Positions 1 through 13,200 of a DNA stretch of 64,000 bases are shown one piece after another. The DNA lies in the NCBI GenBank assembly GCA_964057225.1, contig OZ059900.1:19468001-19532000 (forward strand), read 5' to 3'. Source of the stretch: Auanema rhodensis. Its lineage: Eukaryota > Animalia > Nematoda. Both the position numbers and the translations under genes were made by a program. The notes below the pieces were generated by a model. It was not told the origin of the DNA and ran no database searches. It was given only the letters and a program-made list of their open reading frames with translations. Position 1 is the stretch's first letter, and every line of letters starts with the position of its first letter.

Positions 1-342
1 ACACATGAAATCGTAAGTCAAAACCTTGTTTACAGCGAAATTTCCAAAAACTGGTTTTCCAGCATAATAAAATATTTCTCATGGGAAATACTGTGTTTTT
101 GTATTTTTCTAGTGTTCAGCATGTGAAATGCTTCATTTTAGTATGTAACACGCTGAAATTCGTTGCATTTGACGACTCATATGAACAAAAATCGATTTAA
201 TCAATATTAGCCATAAGGGGCGTGCCCTCAGAATATGCTAATTTCCTTAATTTTCTAACCCCGGTTTTTTTGTCGTGAAAGTGGAATTAGACGTTGTAGG
301 AACAATTTTGAGCTAGGTTTCATTGACATTGCATGAGTTTGA
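1..342 (+). repeat. Representative 342-bp satellite monomer
   Basis: Unit defined by the periodicity. The consensus has 116/342 G+C (~34%), many A/T tracts of 3-7 nt, 9 CpG, and stop codons in all six frames. Confidence 0.98.
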
Positions 343-2052
343 ACACATGAAATCGTAAGTCAAAACCTTGTTTACAGCGAAATTTCCAAAAACTGGTTTT
401 CCAGCATAATAAAATATTTCTCATGGGAAATACTGTGTTTTTGTATTTTTCTAGTGTTCAGCATGTAAAATGTTTCATTTTAGTATGTAACACGCTGAAA
501 TTCGTTGCATTTGACGACTCATATGAACAAAAATCGATTTAATCAATATTAGCCATAAGGGGCGTGCCCTCAGAATATGCTAATTTCCTTAATTTTCTAA
601 CCCCTGTTTTTTTGTCGTGAAAGTGGAACTAGACGTTGTAGGAACAATTTTGAGCTAGGTTTCATTGACATTGCATGAGTTTGAACACATGAAATCGTAA
701 GTCAAAACCTTGTTTACAGCGAAATTTCCAAAAACTGGTTTTCCAGCATAATAAAATATTTCTCATGGGAAATACTGTGTTTTTGTATTTTTCTAGTGTT
801 CAGCATGTAAAATGCTTCATTTTAGTATGTAACACGCTGAAATTCGTTGCATTTGACGACTCATATGAACAAAAATCGATTTAATCAATATTAGCCATAA
901 GGGGCGTGCCCTCAGAATATGCTAATTTCCTTAATTTTCTAACCCCTGTTTTTTTGTCGTGAAAGTGGAATTAGACGTTGTAGGAACAATTTTGAGCTAG
1001 GTTTCATTGACATTGCATGAGTTTGAACACATGAAATCGTAAGTCAAAACCTTGTTTACAGCGAAATTTCCAAAAACTGGTTTTCCAGCATAATAAAATA
1101 TTTCTCATGGGAAATACTGTGTTTTTGTATTTTTCTAGTGTTCAGCATGTGAAATGCTTCATTTTAGTATGTAACACGCTGAAATTCGTTGCATTTGACG
1201 ACTCATATGAACAAAAATCGATTTAATCAATATTAGCCATAAGGGGCGTGCCCTCAGAATATGCTAATTTCCTTAATTTTCTAACCCCGGTTTTTTTGTC
1301 GTGAAAGTGGAATTAGACGTTGTAGGAACAATTTTGAGCTAGGTTTCATTGACATTGCATGAGTTTGAACACATGAAATCGTAAGTCAAAACCTTGTTTA
1401 CAGCGAAATTTCCAAAAACTGGTTTTCCAGCATAATAAAATATTTCTCATGGGAAATACTGTGTTTTTGTATTTTTCTAGTGTTCAGCATGTAAAATGTT
1501 TCATTTTAGTATGTAACACGCTGAAATTCGTTGCATTTGACGACTCATATGAACAAAAATCGATTTAATCAATATTAGCCATAAGGGGCGTGCCCTCAGA
1601 ATATGCTAATTTCCTTAATTTTCTAACCCCTGTTTTTTTGTCGTGAAAGTGGAACTAGACGTTGTAGGAACAATTTTGAGCTAGGTTTCATTGACATTGC
1701 ATGAGTTTGAACACATGAAATCGTAAGTCAAAACCTTGTTTACAGCGAAATTTCCAAAAACTGGTTTTCCAGCATAATAAAATATTTCTCATGGGAAATA
1801 CTGTGTTTTTGTATTTTTCTAGTGTTCAGCATGTAAAATGCTTCATTTTAGTATGTAACACGCTGAAATTCGTTGCATTTGACGACTCATATGAACAAAA
1901 ATCGATTTAATCAATATTAGCCATAAGGGGCGTGCCCTCAGAATATGCTAATTTCCTTAATTTTCTAACCCCTGTTTTTTTGTCGTGAAAGTGGAATTAG
2001 ACGTTGTAGGAACAATTTTGAGCTAGGTTTCATTGACATTGCATGAGTTTGA
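1..2052 (+). repeat. Higher-order repeat: tandem 3-monomer (1026-bp) duplication
   Basis: 125G-263G-287T / 131T / 287T occurs at 1-1026 and again at 1027-2052. Confidence 0.8.
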
Positions 2053-5000
2053 ACGCATGAAATCGTAAGTCAAAACCTTGTTTACAGCGAAATTTCCAAA
2101 AACTGGTTTTCCAGCATAATAAAATATTTCTCATGGGAAATACTGTGTTTTTGTATTTTTATAGTGTTCAGCATGTAAAATGCTTCATTTTAGTATGTAA
2201 CACGCTGAAATTCGTTGCATTTGACGACTCATATGAACAAAAATCGATTTAATCAATATTAGCCATAAGGGGCGTGCCCTCAGAATATGCTAATTTCCTT
2301 AATTTTCTAACCCCGGTTTTTTTGTCGTGAAAGTGGAATTAGACGTTGTAGGAACAATTTTGAGCTAGGTTTCATTGACATTGCATGAGTTTGAACACAT
2401 GAAATCGTAAGTCAAAACCTTGTTTACAGCGAAATTTCCAAAAACTGGTTTTCCAGCATAATAAAATATTTCTCATGGGAAATACTGTGTTTTTGTATTT
2501 TTCTAGTGTTCAGCATGTAAAATGCTTCATTTTAGTATGTAACACGCTGAAATTCGTTGCATTTGACTACTCATATGAACAAAAATCGATTTAATCAATA
2601 TTAGCCATAAGGGGCGTGCCCTCAGAATATGCTAATTTCCTTAATTTTCTAACCCCTGTTTTTTTGTCGTGAAAGTGGAACTAGACGTTGTAGGAACAAT
2701 TTTGAGCTAGGTTTCATTGACATTGCATGAGTTTGAACACATGAAATCGTAAGTCAAAACCTTGTTTACAGCGAAATTTCCAAAAACTGGTTTTCCAGCA
2801 TAATAAAATATTTCTCATGGGAAATACTGTGTTTTTGTATTTTTCTAGTGTTCAGCATGTAAAATGCTTCATTTTAGTATGTAACACGCTGAAATTCGTT
2901 GCATTTGACTACTCATATGAACAAAAATCGATTTAATCAATATTAGCCATAAGGGGCGTGCCCTCAGAATATGCTAATTTCCTTAATTTTCTAACCCCTG
3001 TTTTTTTGTCGTGAAAGTGGAACTAGACGTTGTACAAACAATTTTGAGCTAGGTTTCATTGACATTGCATGACTTTGAACACATGAAATCGTAAGTCAAA
3101 ACCTTGTTTACAGCGAAATTTCCAAAAACTGGTTTTCCAGCATAATAAAATATTTCTCATGAGAAATACTGTGTTTTTGTTTTTTTCTAGTGTTCAGCAT
3201 GTAAAATGCTTCATTTTAGTATGTAACACGCTGAAATTCGTTGCATTTGACGACTCATATGAACAAAAATCGATTTAATCAATATTAGCCATAAGGGGCG
3301 TGCCCTCAGAATATGCTAATTTCCTTAATTTTCTAACCCCGGTTTTTTTGTCGTGAAAGTGGAACTAGACGTTGTAGGAACAATTTTGAGCTAGGTTTCA
3401 TTGACATTGCATGAGTTTGAACACATGAAATCGTAAGTCAAAACCTTGTTTACAGCGAAATTTCCAAAAACTGGTTTTCCAGCATAATAAAATATTTCTC
3501 ATGGGAAATACTGTGTTTTTGTATTTTTCTAGTGTTCAGCATGTAAAATGCTTCATTTTAGTATGTAACACGATGAAATTCGTTGCATTTGACTACTCAT
3601 ATGAACAAAAATCGATTTAATCAATATTAGCCATAAGGGGCGTGCCCTCAGAATATGCTAATTTCCTTAATTTTCTAACCCCTGTTTTTTTGTCGTGAAA
3701 GTGGAACTAGACGTTGTAGGAACAATTTTGAGCTAGGTTTCATTGACATTGCATGAGTTTGAACACATGAAATCGTAAGTCAAAACCTTGTTTACAGCGA
3801 AATTTCCAAAAACTGGTTTTCCAGCATAATAAAATATTTCTCAAGGGAAATACTGTGTTTTTGTATTTTTCTAGTGTTCAGCATGTGAAATGCTTCATTT
3901 TAGTATGTAACACGCTGAAATTCGTTGCATTTGACTACTCATATGAACAAAAATCGATTTAATCAATATTAGCCATAAGGGGCGTGCCCTCAGAATATGC
4001 TAATTTCCTTAATTTTCTAACCCCTGTTTTTTTGTCGTGAAAGTGGAACTAGACGTTGTAGGAACAATTTTGAGCTAGGTTTCATTGACATTGCATGAGT
4101 TTGAACACATGAAATCGTAAGTCAAAACCTTGTTTACAGCGAAATTTCCAAAAACTGGTTTTCCAGCATAATAAAATATTTCTCATGGGAAATACTGTGT
4201 TTTTGTATTTTTCTAGTGTTCAGCATGTGAAATGCTTCATTTTAGTATGTAACACGCTGAAATTCGTTGCATTTGACGACTCATATGAACAAAAATCGAT
4301 TTAATCAATATTAGCCATAAGGGGCGTGCCCTCAGAATATGCTAATTTCCTTAATTTTCTAACCCCGGTTTTTTTGTCGTGAAAGTGGAATTAGACGTTG
4401 TAGGAACAATTTTGAGCTAGGTTTCATTGACATTGCATGAGTTTGAACACATGAAATCGTAAGTCAAAACCTTGTTTACAGCGAAATTTCCAAAAACTGG
4501 TTTTCCAGCATAATAAAATATTTCTCATGGGAAATACTGTGTTTTTGCATTTTTCTAGTGTTCAGCATGTAAAATGTTTCATTTAAGTATGTAACACGCT
4601 GAAATTCGTTGCATTTGACGACTCATATGAACAAAAATCGATTTAATCAATATTAGCCATAAGGGGCGTGCCCTCAGAATATGCTAATTTCCTTAATTTT
4701 CTAACCCCTGTTTTTTTGTCGTGAAAGTGGAACTAGACGTTGTAGGAACAATTTTGAGCTAGGTTTCATTGACATTGCATGAGTTTGAACACATGAAATC
4801 GTAAGTCAAAACCTTGTTTACAGCGAAATTTCCAAAAACTGGTTTTCCAGCATAATAAAATATTTCTCATGGGAAATACTGTGTTTTTGTATTTTTCTAG
4901 TGTTCAGCATGTAAAATGCTTCATTTTAGTATGTAACACGCTGAAATTCGTTGCATTTGACGACTCATATGAACAAAAATCGATTTAATCAATATTAGCC

Positions 5001-6156
5001 ATAAGGGGCGTGCCCTCAGAATATGCTAATTTCCTTAATTTTCTAACCCCGGTTTTTTTGTCGTGAAAGTGGAATTAGACGTTGTAGGAACAATTTTGAG
5101 CTAGGTTTCATTGACATTGCATGAGTTTGAACACATGAAATCGTAAGTCAAAACCTTGTTTACAGCGAAATTTCCAAAAACTGGTTTTCCAGCATAATAA
5201 AATATTTCTCATGGGAAATACTGTGTTTTTGTATTTTTCTAGTGTTCAGCATGTAAAATGCTTCATTTTAGTATGTAACACGCTGAAATTCGTTGCATTT
5301 GACGACTCATATGAACAAAAATCGATTTAATCAATATTAGCCATAAGGGGCGTGCCCTCAGAATATGCTAATTTCCTTAATTTTCTAACCCCGGTTTTTT
5401 TGTCGTGAAAGTGGAATTAGACGTTGTAGGAACAATTTTGAGCTAGGTTTCATTGACATTGCATGAGTTTGAACACATGAAATCGTAAGTCAAAACCTTG
5501 TTTACAGCGAAATTTCCAAAAACTGGTTTTCCAGCATAATAAAATATTTCTCATGGGAAATACTGTGTTTTTGTATTTTTCTAGTGTTCAGCATGTAAAA
5601 TGCTTCATTTTAGTATGTAACACGCTGAAATTCGTTGCATTTGACGACTCATATGAACAAAAATCGATTTAATCAATATTAGCCATAAGGGGCGTGCCCT
5701 CAGAATATGCTAATTTCCTTAATTTTCTAACCCCTGTTTTTTTGTCGTGAAAGTGGAACTAGACGTTGTAGGAACAATTTTGAGCTAGGTTTCATTGACA
5801 TTGCATGAGTTTGAACACATGAAATCGTAAGTCAAAACCTTGTTTACAGCGAAATTTCCAAAAACTGGTTTTCCAGCATAATAAAATATTTCTCATGAGA
5901 AATACTGTGTTTTTGTATTTTTCTAGTGTTCAGCATGTAAAATGCTTCATTTTAGTATGTAACACGATGAAATTCGTTGCATTTGACGACTCATATGAAC
6001 AAAAATCGATTTAATCAATATTAGCCATAAGGGGCGTGCCCTCAGAATATGCTAATTTCATTAATTTTCTAACCCCTGTTTTTTTGTCGTGAAAGTGGAA
6101 CTAGACGTTGTAGGAACAATTTTGAGCTAGGTTTCATTGACATTGCATGAGTTTGA

Positions 6157-9100
6157 ACACATGAAATCGTAAGTCAAAACCTTGTTTACAGCGAAATTTC
6201 CAAAAACTGGTTTTCCAGCATAATAAAATATTTCTCATGGGAAATACTGTGTTTTTGTATTTTTCTAGTGTTCAGCATGTAAAATGCTTCATTTTAGTAT
6301 GTAACACGCTGAAATTCGTTGCATTTGACGACTCATATGAACAAAAATCGATTTAATCAATATTAGCCATAAGGGGCGTGCCCTCAGAATATGCTAATTT
6401 CCTTAATTTTCTAACCCCTGTTTTTTTGTCGTGAAAGTGGAACTAGACGTTGTAGGAACAATTTTGAGCTAGGTTTCATTGACATTGCATGAGTTTGAAC
6501 ACATGAAATCGTAAGTCAAAACCTTGTTTACAGCGAAATTTCCAAAAACTGGTTTTCCAGCATAATAAAATATTTCTCATGGGAAATACTGTGTTTTTGT
6601 ATTTTTCTAGTGTTCAGCATGTGAAATGCTTCATTTTAGTATGTAACACGCTGAAATTCGTTGCATTTGACGACTCATATGAACAAAAATCGATTTAATC
6701 AATATTAGCCATAAGGGGCGTGCCCTCAGAATATGCTAATTTCCTTAATTTTCTAACCCCGGTTTTTTTGTCGTGAAAGTGGAATTAGACGTTGTAGGAA
6801 CAATTTTGAGCTAGGTTTCATTGACATTGCATGAGTTTGAACACATGAAATCGTAAGTCAAAACCTTGTTTACAGCGAAATTTCCAAAAACTGGTTTTCC
6901 AGCATAATAAAATATTTCTCATGGGAAATACTGTGTTTTTGTATTTTTCTAGTGTTCAGCATGTAAAATGCTTCATTTTAGTATGTAACACGCTGAAATT
7001 CGTTGCATTTGACTACTCATATGAACAAAAATCGATTTAATCAATATTAGCCATAAGGGGCGTGCCCTCAGAATATGCTAATTTCCTTAATTTTCTAACC
7101 CCTGTTTTTTTGTCGTGAAAGTGGAACTAGACGTTGTACAAACAATTTTGAGCTAGGTTTCATTGACATTGCATGAGTTTGAACACATGAAATCGTAAGT
7201 CAAAACCTTGTTTACAGCGAAATTTCCAAAAACTGGTTTTCCAGCATAATAAAATATTTCTCATGAGAAATACTGTGTTTTTGTATTTTTCTAGTGTTCA
7301 GCATGTAAAATGCTTCATTTTAGTATGTAACACGCTGAAATTCGTTGCATTTGACTACTCATATGAACAAAAATCGATTTAATCAATATTAGCCATAAGG
7401 GGCGTGCCCTCAGAATATGCTAATTTCCTTAATTTTCTAACCCCTGTTTTTTTGTCGTGAAAGTGGAACTAGACGTTGTACAAACAATTTTGAGCTAGGT
7501 TTCATTGACATTGCATGAGTTTGAACACATGAAATCGTAAGTCAAAACCTTGTTTACAGCGAAATTTCCAAAAACTGGTTTTCCAGCATAATAAAATATT
7601 TCTCATGAGAAATACTGTGTTTTTGTATTTTTCTAGTGTTCAGCATGTAAAATGCTTCATTTTAGTATGTAACACGATGAAATTCGTTGCATTTGACGAC
7701 TCATATGAACAAAAATCGATTTAATCAATATTAGCCATAAGGGGCGTGCCCTCAGAATATGCTAATTTCCTTAATTTTCTAACCCCTGTTTTTTTGTCGT
7801 GAAAGTGGAACTAGACGTTGTAGGAACAATTTTGAGCTAGGTTTCATTGACATTGCATGAGTTTGAACACATGAAATCGTAAGTCAAAACCTTGTTTACA
7901 GCGAAATTTCCAAAAACTGGTTTTCCAGCATAATAAAATATTTCTCATGGGAAATACTGTGTTTTTGTATTTTTCTAGTGTTCAGCATGTGAAATGCTTC
8001 ATTTTAGTATGTAACACGCTGAAATTCGTTGCATTTGACGACTCATATGAACAAAAATCGATTTAATCAATATTAGCCATAAGGGGCGTGCCCTCAGAAT
8101 ATGCTAATTTCCTTAATTTTCTAACCCCTGTTTTTTTGTCGTGAAAGTGGAACTAGACGTTGTAGGAACAATTTTGAGCTAGGTTTCATTGACATTGCAT
8201 GAGTTTGAACACATGAAATCGTAAGTCAAAACCTTGTTTACAGCGAAATTTCCAAAAACTGGTTTTCCAGCATAATAAAATATTTCTCATGGGAAATACT
8301 GTGTTTTTGTATTTTTCTAGTGTTCAGCATGTAAAATGCTTCATTTTAGTATGTAACACGCTGAAATTCGTTGCATTTGACGACTCATATGAACAAAAAT
8401 CGATTTAATCAATATTAGCCATAAGGGGCGTGCCCTCAGAATATGCTAATTTCCTTAATTTTCTAACCCCTGTTTTTTTGTCGTGAAAGTGGAACTAGAC
8501 GTTGTAGGAACAATTTTGAGCTAGGTTTCATTGACATTGCATGAGTTTGAACACATGAAATCGTAAGTCAAAACCTTGTTTACAGCGAAATTTCCAAAAA
8601 CTGGTTTTCCAGCATAATAAAATATTTCTCATGGGAAATACTGTGTTTTTGTATTTTTCTAGTGTTCAGCATGTGAAATGCTTCATTTTAGTATGTAACA
8701 CGCTGAAATTCGTTGCATTTGACGACTCATATGAACAAAAATCGATTTAATCAATATTAGCCATAAGGGGCGTGCCCTCAGAATATGCTAATTTCCTTAA
8801 TTTTCTAACCCCGGTTTTTTTGTCGTGAAAGTGGAATTAGACGTTGTAGGAACAATTTTGAGCTAGGTTTCATTGACATTGCATGAGTTTGAACACATGA
8901 AATCGTAAGTCAAAACCTTGTTTACAGCGAAATTTCCAAAAACTGGTTTTCCAGCATAATAAAATATTTCTCATGGGAAATACTGTGTTTTTGTATTTTT
9001 CTAGTGTTCAGCATGTAAAATGCTTCATTTTAGTATGTAACACGCTGAAATTCGTTGCATTTGACTACTCATATGAACAAAAATCGATTTAATCAATATT

Positions 9101-10260
9101 AGCCATAAGGGGCGTGCCCTCAGAATATGCTAATTTCCTTAATTTTCTAACCCCTGTTTTTTTGTCGTGAAAGTGGAACTAGACGTTGTACAAACAATTT
9201 TGAGCTAGGTTTCATTGACATTGCATGAGTTTGAACACATGAAATCGTAAGTCAAAACCTTGTTTACAGCGAAATTTCCAAAAACTGGTTTTCCAGCATA
9301 ATAAAATATTTCTCATGAGAAATACTGTGTTTTTGTATTTTTCTAGTGTTCAGCATGTAAAATGCTTCATTTTAGTATGTAACACGCTGAAATTCGTTGC
9401 ATTTGACTACTCATATGAACAAAAATCGATTTAATCAATATTAGCCATAAGGGGCGTGCCCTCAGAATATGCTAATTTCCTTAATTTTCTAACCCCTGTT
9501 TTTTTGTCGTGAAAGTGGAACTAGACGTTGTACAAACAATTTTGAGCTAGGTTTCATTGACATTGCATGAGTTTGAACACATGAAATCGTAAGTCAAAAC
9601 CTTGTTTACAGCGAAATTTCCAAAAACTGGTTTTCCAGCATAATAAAATATTTCTCATGAGAAATACTGTGTTTTTGTATTTTTCTAGTGTTCAGCATGT
9701 AAAATGCTTCATTTTAGTATGTAACACGATGAAATTCGTTGCATTTGACGACTCATATGAACAAAAATCGATTTAATCAATATTAGCCATAAGGGGCGTG
9801 CCCTCAGAATATGCTAATTTCCTTAATTTTCTAACCCCTGTTTTTTTGTCGTGAAAGTGGAACTAGACGTTGTAGGAACAATTTTGAGCTAGGTTTCATT
9901 GACATTGCATGAGTTTGAACACATGAAATCGTAAGTCAAAACCTTGTTTACAGCGAAATTTCCAAAAACTGGTTTTCCAGCATAATAAAATATTTCTCAT
10001 GGGAAATACTGTGTTTTTGTATTTTTCTAGTGTTCAGCATGTGAAATGCTTCATTTTAGTATGTAACACGCTGAAATTCGTTGCATTTGACGACTCATAT
10101 GAACAAAAATCGATTTAATCAATATTAGCCATAAGGGGCGTGCCCTCAGAATATGCTAATTTCCTTAATTTTCTAACCCCGGTTTTTTTGTCGTGAAAGT
10201 GGAATTAGACGTTGTAGGAACAATTTTGAGCTAGGTTTCATTGACATTGCATGAGTTTGA
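6157..10260 (+). repeat. Higher-order repeat: tandem 6-monomer (2052-bp) duplication
   Basis: The order consensus / 125G-263G-287T / 174T-299CA / 84A-174T-299CA / 84A-153A / 125G occurs at 6157-8208 and again at 8209-10260. The last unit differs at m263/287. Confidence 0.8.
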
Positions 10261-13200
10261 ACACATGAAATCGTAAGTCAAAACCTTGTTTACAGCGAAA
10301 TTTCCAAAAACTGGTTTTCCAGCATAATAAAATATTTCTCATGGGAAATACTGTGTTTTTGTATTTTTCTAGTGTTCAGCATGTAAAATGTTTCATTTAA
10401 GTATGTAACACGCTGAAATTCGTTGCATTTGACGACTCATATGAACAAAAATCGATTTAATCAATATTAGCCATAAGGGGCGTGCCCTCAGAATATGCTA
10501 ATTTCCTTAATTTTCTAACCCCTGTTTTTTTGTCGTGAAAGTGGAACTAGACGTTGTAGGAACAATTTTGAGCTAGGTTTCATTGACATTGCATGAGTTT
10601 GAACACATGAAATCGTAAGTCAAAACCTTGTTTACAGCGAAATTTCCAAAAACTGGTTTTCCAGCATAATAAAATATTTCTCATGGGAAATACTGTGTTT
10701 TTGTATTTTTCTAGTGTTCAGCATGTAAAATGCTTCATTTTAGTATGTAACACGCTGAAATTCGTTGCATTTGACGACTCATATGAACAAAAATCGATTT
10801 AATCAATATTAGCCATAAGGGGCGTGCCCTCAGAATATGCTAATTTCCTTAATTTTCTAACCCCTGTTTTTTTGTCGTGAAAGTGGAATTAGACGTTGTA
10901 GGAACAATTTTGAGCTAGGTTTCATTGACATTGCATGAGTTTGAACGCATGAAATCGTAAGTCAAAACCTTGTTTACAGCGAAATTTCCAAAAACTGGTT
11001 TTCCAGCATAATAAAATATTTCTCATGGGAAATACTGTGTTTTTGTATTTTTATAGTGTTCAGCATGTAAAATGCTTCATTTTAGTATGTAACACGCTGA
11101 AATTCGTTGCATTTGACGACTCATATGAACAAAAATCGATTTAATCAATATTAGCCATAAGGGGCGTGCCCTCAGAATATGCTAATTTCCTTAATTTTCT
11201 AACCCCGGTTTTTTTGTCGTGAAAGTGGAATTAGACGTTGTAGGAACAATTTTGAGCTAGGTTTCATTGACATTGCATGAGTTTGAACACATGAAATCGT
11301 AAGTCAAAACCTTGTTTACAGCGAAATTTCCAAAAACTGGTTTTCCAGCATAATAAAATATTTCTCATGGGAAATACTGTGTTTTTGTATTTTTCTAGTG
11401 TTCAGCATGTAAAATGCTTCATTTTAGTATGTAACACGCTGAAATTCGTTGCATTTGACTACTCATATGAACAAAAATCGATTTAATCAATATTAGCCAT
11501 AAGGGGCGTGCCCTCAGAATATGCTAATTTCCTTAATTTTCTAACCCCTGTTTTTTTGTCGTGAAAGTGGAACTAGACGTTGTAGGAACAATTTTGAGCT
11601 AGGTTTCATTGACATTGCATGAGTTTGAACACATGAAATCGTAAGTCAAAACCTTGTTTACAGCGAAATTTCCAAAAACTGGTTTTCCAGCATAATAAAA
11701 TATTTCTCATGAGAAATACTGTGTTTTTGTATTTTTCTAGTGTTCAGCATGTAAAATGCTTCATTTTAGTATGTAACACGATGAAATTCGTTGCATTTGA
11801 CGACTCATATGAACAAAAATCGATTTAATCAATATTAGCCATAAGGGGCGTGCCCTCAGAATATGCTAATTTCATTAATTTTCTAACCCCTGTTTTTTTG
11901 TCGTGAAAGTGGAACTAGACGTTGTAGGAACAATTTTGAGCTAGGTTTCATTGACATTGCATGAGTTTGAACACATGAAATCGTAAGTCAAAACCTTGTT
12001 TACAGCGAAATTTCCAAAAACTGGTTTTCCAGCATAATAAAATATTTCTCATGGGAAATACTGTGTTTTTGTATTTTTCTAGTGTTCAGCATGTAAAATG
12101 CTTCATTTTAGTATGTAACACGCTGAAATTCGTTGCATTTGACGACTCATATGAACAAAAATCGATTTAATCAATATTAGCCATAAGGGGCGTGCCCTCA
12201 GAATATGCTAATTTCCTTAATTTTCTAACCCCTGTTTTTTTGTCGTGAAAGTGGAACTAGACGTTGTAGGAACAATTTTGAGCTAGGTTTCATTGACATT
12301 GCATGAGTTTGAACACATGAAATCGTAAGTCAAAACCTTGTTTACAGCGAAATTTCCAAAAACTGGTTTTCCAGCATAATAAAATATTTCTCATGAGAAA
12401 TACTGTGTTTTTGTATTTTTCTAGTGTTCAGCATGTAAAATGCTTCATTTTAGTATGTAACACGATGAAATTCGTTGCATTTGACGACTCATATGAACAA
12501 AAATCGATTTAATCAATATTAGCCATAAGGGGCGTGCCCTCAGAATATGCTAATTTCATTAATTTTCTAACCCCTGTTTTTTTGTCGTGAAAGTGGAACT
12601 AGACGTTGTAGGAACAATTTTGAGCTAGGTTTCATTGACATTGCATGAGTTTGAACACATGAAATCGTAAGTCAAAACCTTGTTTACAGCGAAATTTCCA
12701 AAAACTGGTTTTCCAGCATAATAAAATATTTCTCATGGGAAATACTGTGTTTTTGTATTTTTCTAGTGTTCAGCATGTAAAATGCTTCATTTTAGTATGT
12801 AACACGCTGAAATTCGTTGCATTTGACGACTCATATGAACAAAAATCGATTTAATCAATATTAGCCATAAGGGGCGTGCCCTCAGAATATGCTAATTTCC
12901 TTAATTTTCTAACCCCTGTTTTTTTGTCGTGAAAGTGGAACTAGACGTTGTAGGAACAATTTTGAGCTAGGTTTCATTGACATTGCATGAGTTTGAACAC
13001 ATGAAATCGTAAGTCAAAACCTTGTTTACAGCGAAATTTCCAAAAACTGGTTTTCCAGCATAATAAAATATTTCTCATGGGAAATACTGTGTTTTTGTAT
13101 TTTTCTAGTGTTCAGCATGTGAAATGCTTCATTTTAGTATGTAACACGCTGAAATTCGTTGCATTTGACGACTCATATGAACAAAAAACGATTTAATCAA

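Noticed and set aside
124-126. The three alleles at m124-126 are TAA, TGA and TAG, all stop codons ending a 41-codon open stretch
   Set aside because: The stretch has no ATG until its final codon, and both variants are simple A>G transitions. Coincidence is sufficient.
158-174. CENP-B-box-like ATTCGTTGCATTTGACG
   Set aside because: It matches only 6 of the 9 essential bases of NTTCGNNNNANNCGGGN, and the CGGG half is missing.
219-245. Apparently invariant segments (m219-245, m316-336) as selected protein-binding sites
   Set aside because: With ~1% divergence and strongly non-independent copies, invariant stretches of 20-30 bp are expected by chance.
255-262. Telomere-like CTAACCC(C), also duplicated at the inversion junction
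   Set aside because: It is a single 7-8-bp match per monomer with no tandem telomeric run, and the junction copy is explained by local templating.
1-342. Monomer length is a multiple of 3, so the array could encode a tandem-repeat protein
   Set aside because: All six frames contain stops within each monomer. The longest ATG ORF I noticed is ~30 codons (MLNTRKIQKHSISHEKYFIMLENQFLEISL, antisense) with no recognisable similarity.
1-342. Identity with primate alpha-satellite dimer, 5S rDNA, tRNA or snRNA tandem arrays, or a named insect/plant satellite
   Set aside because: I see no recognisable sequence similarity or Pol III gene structure. Only the length coincides, and naming the family needs a database search.
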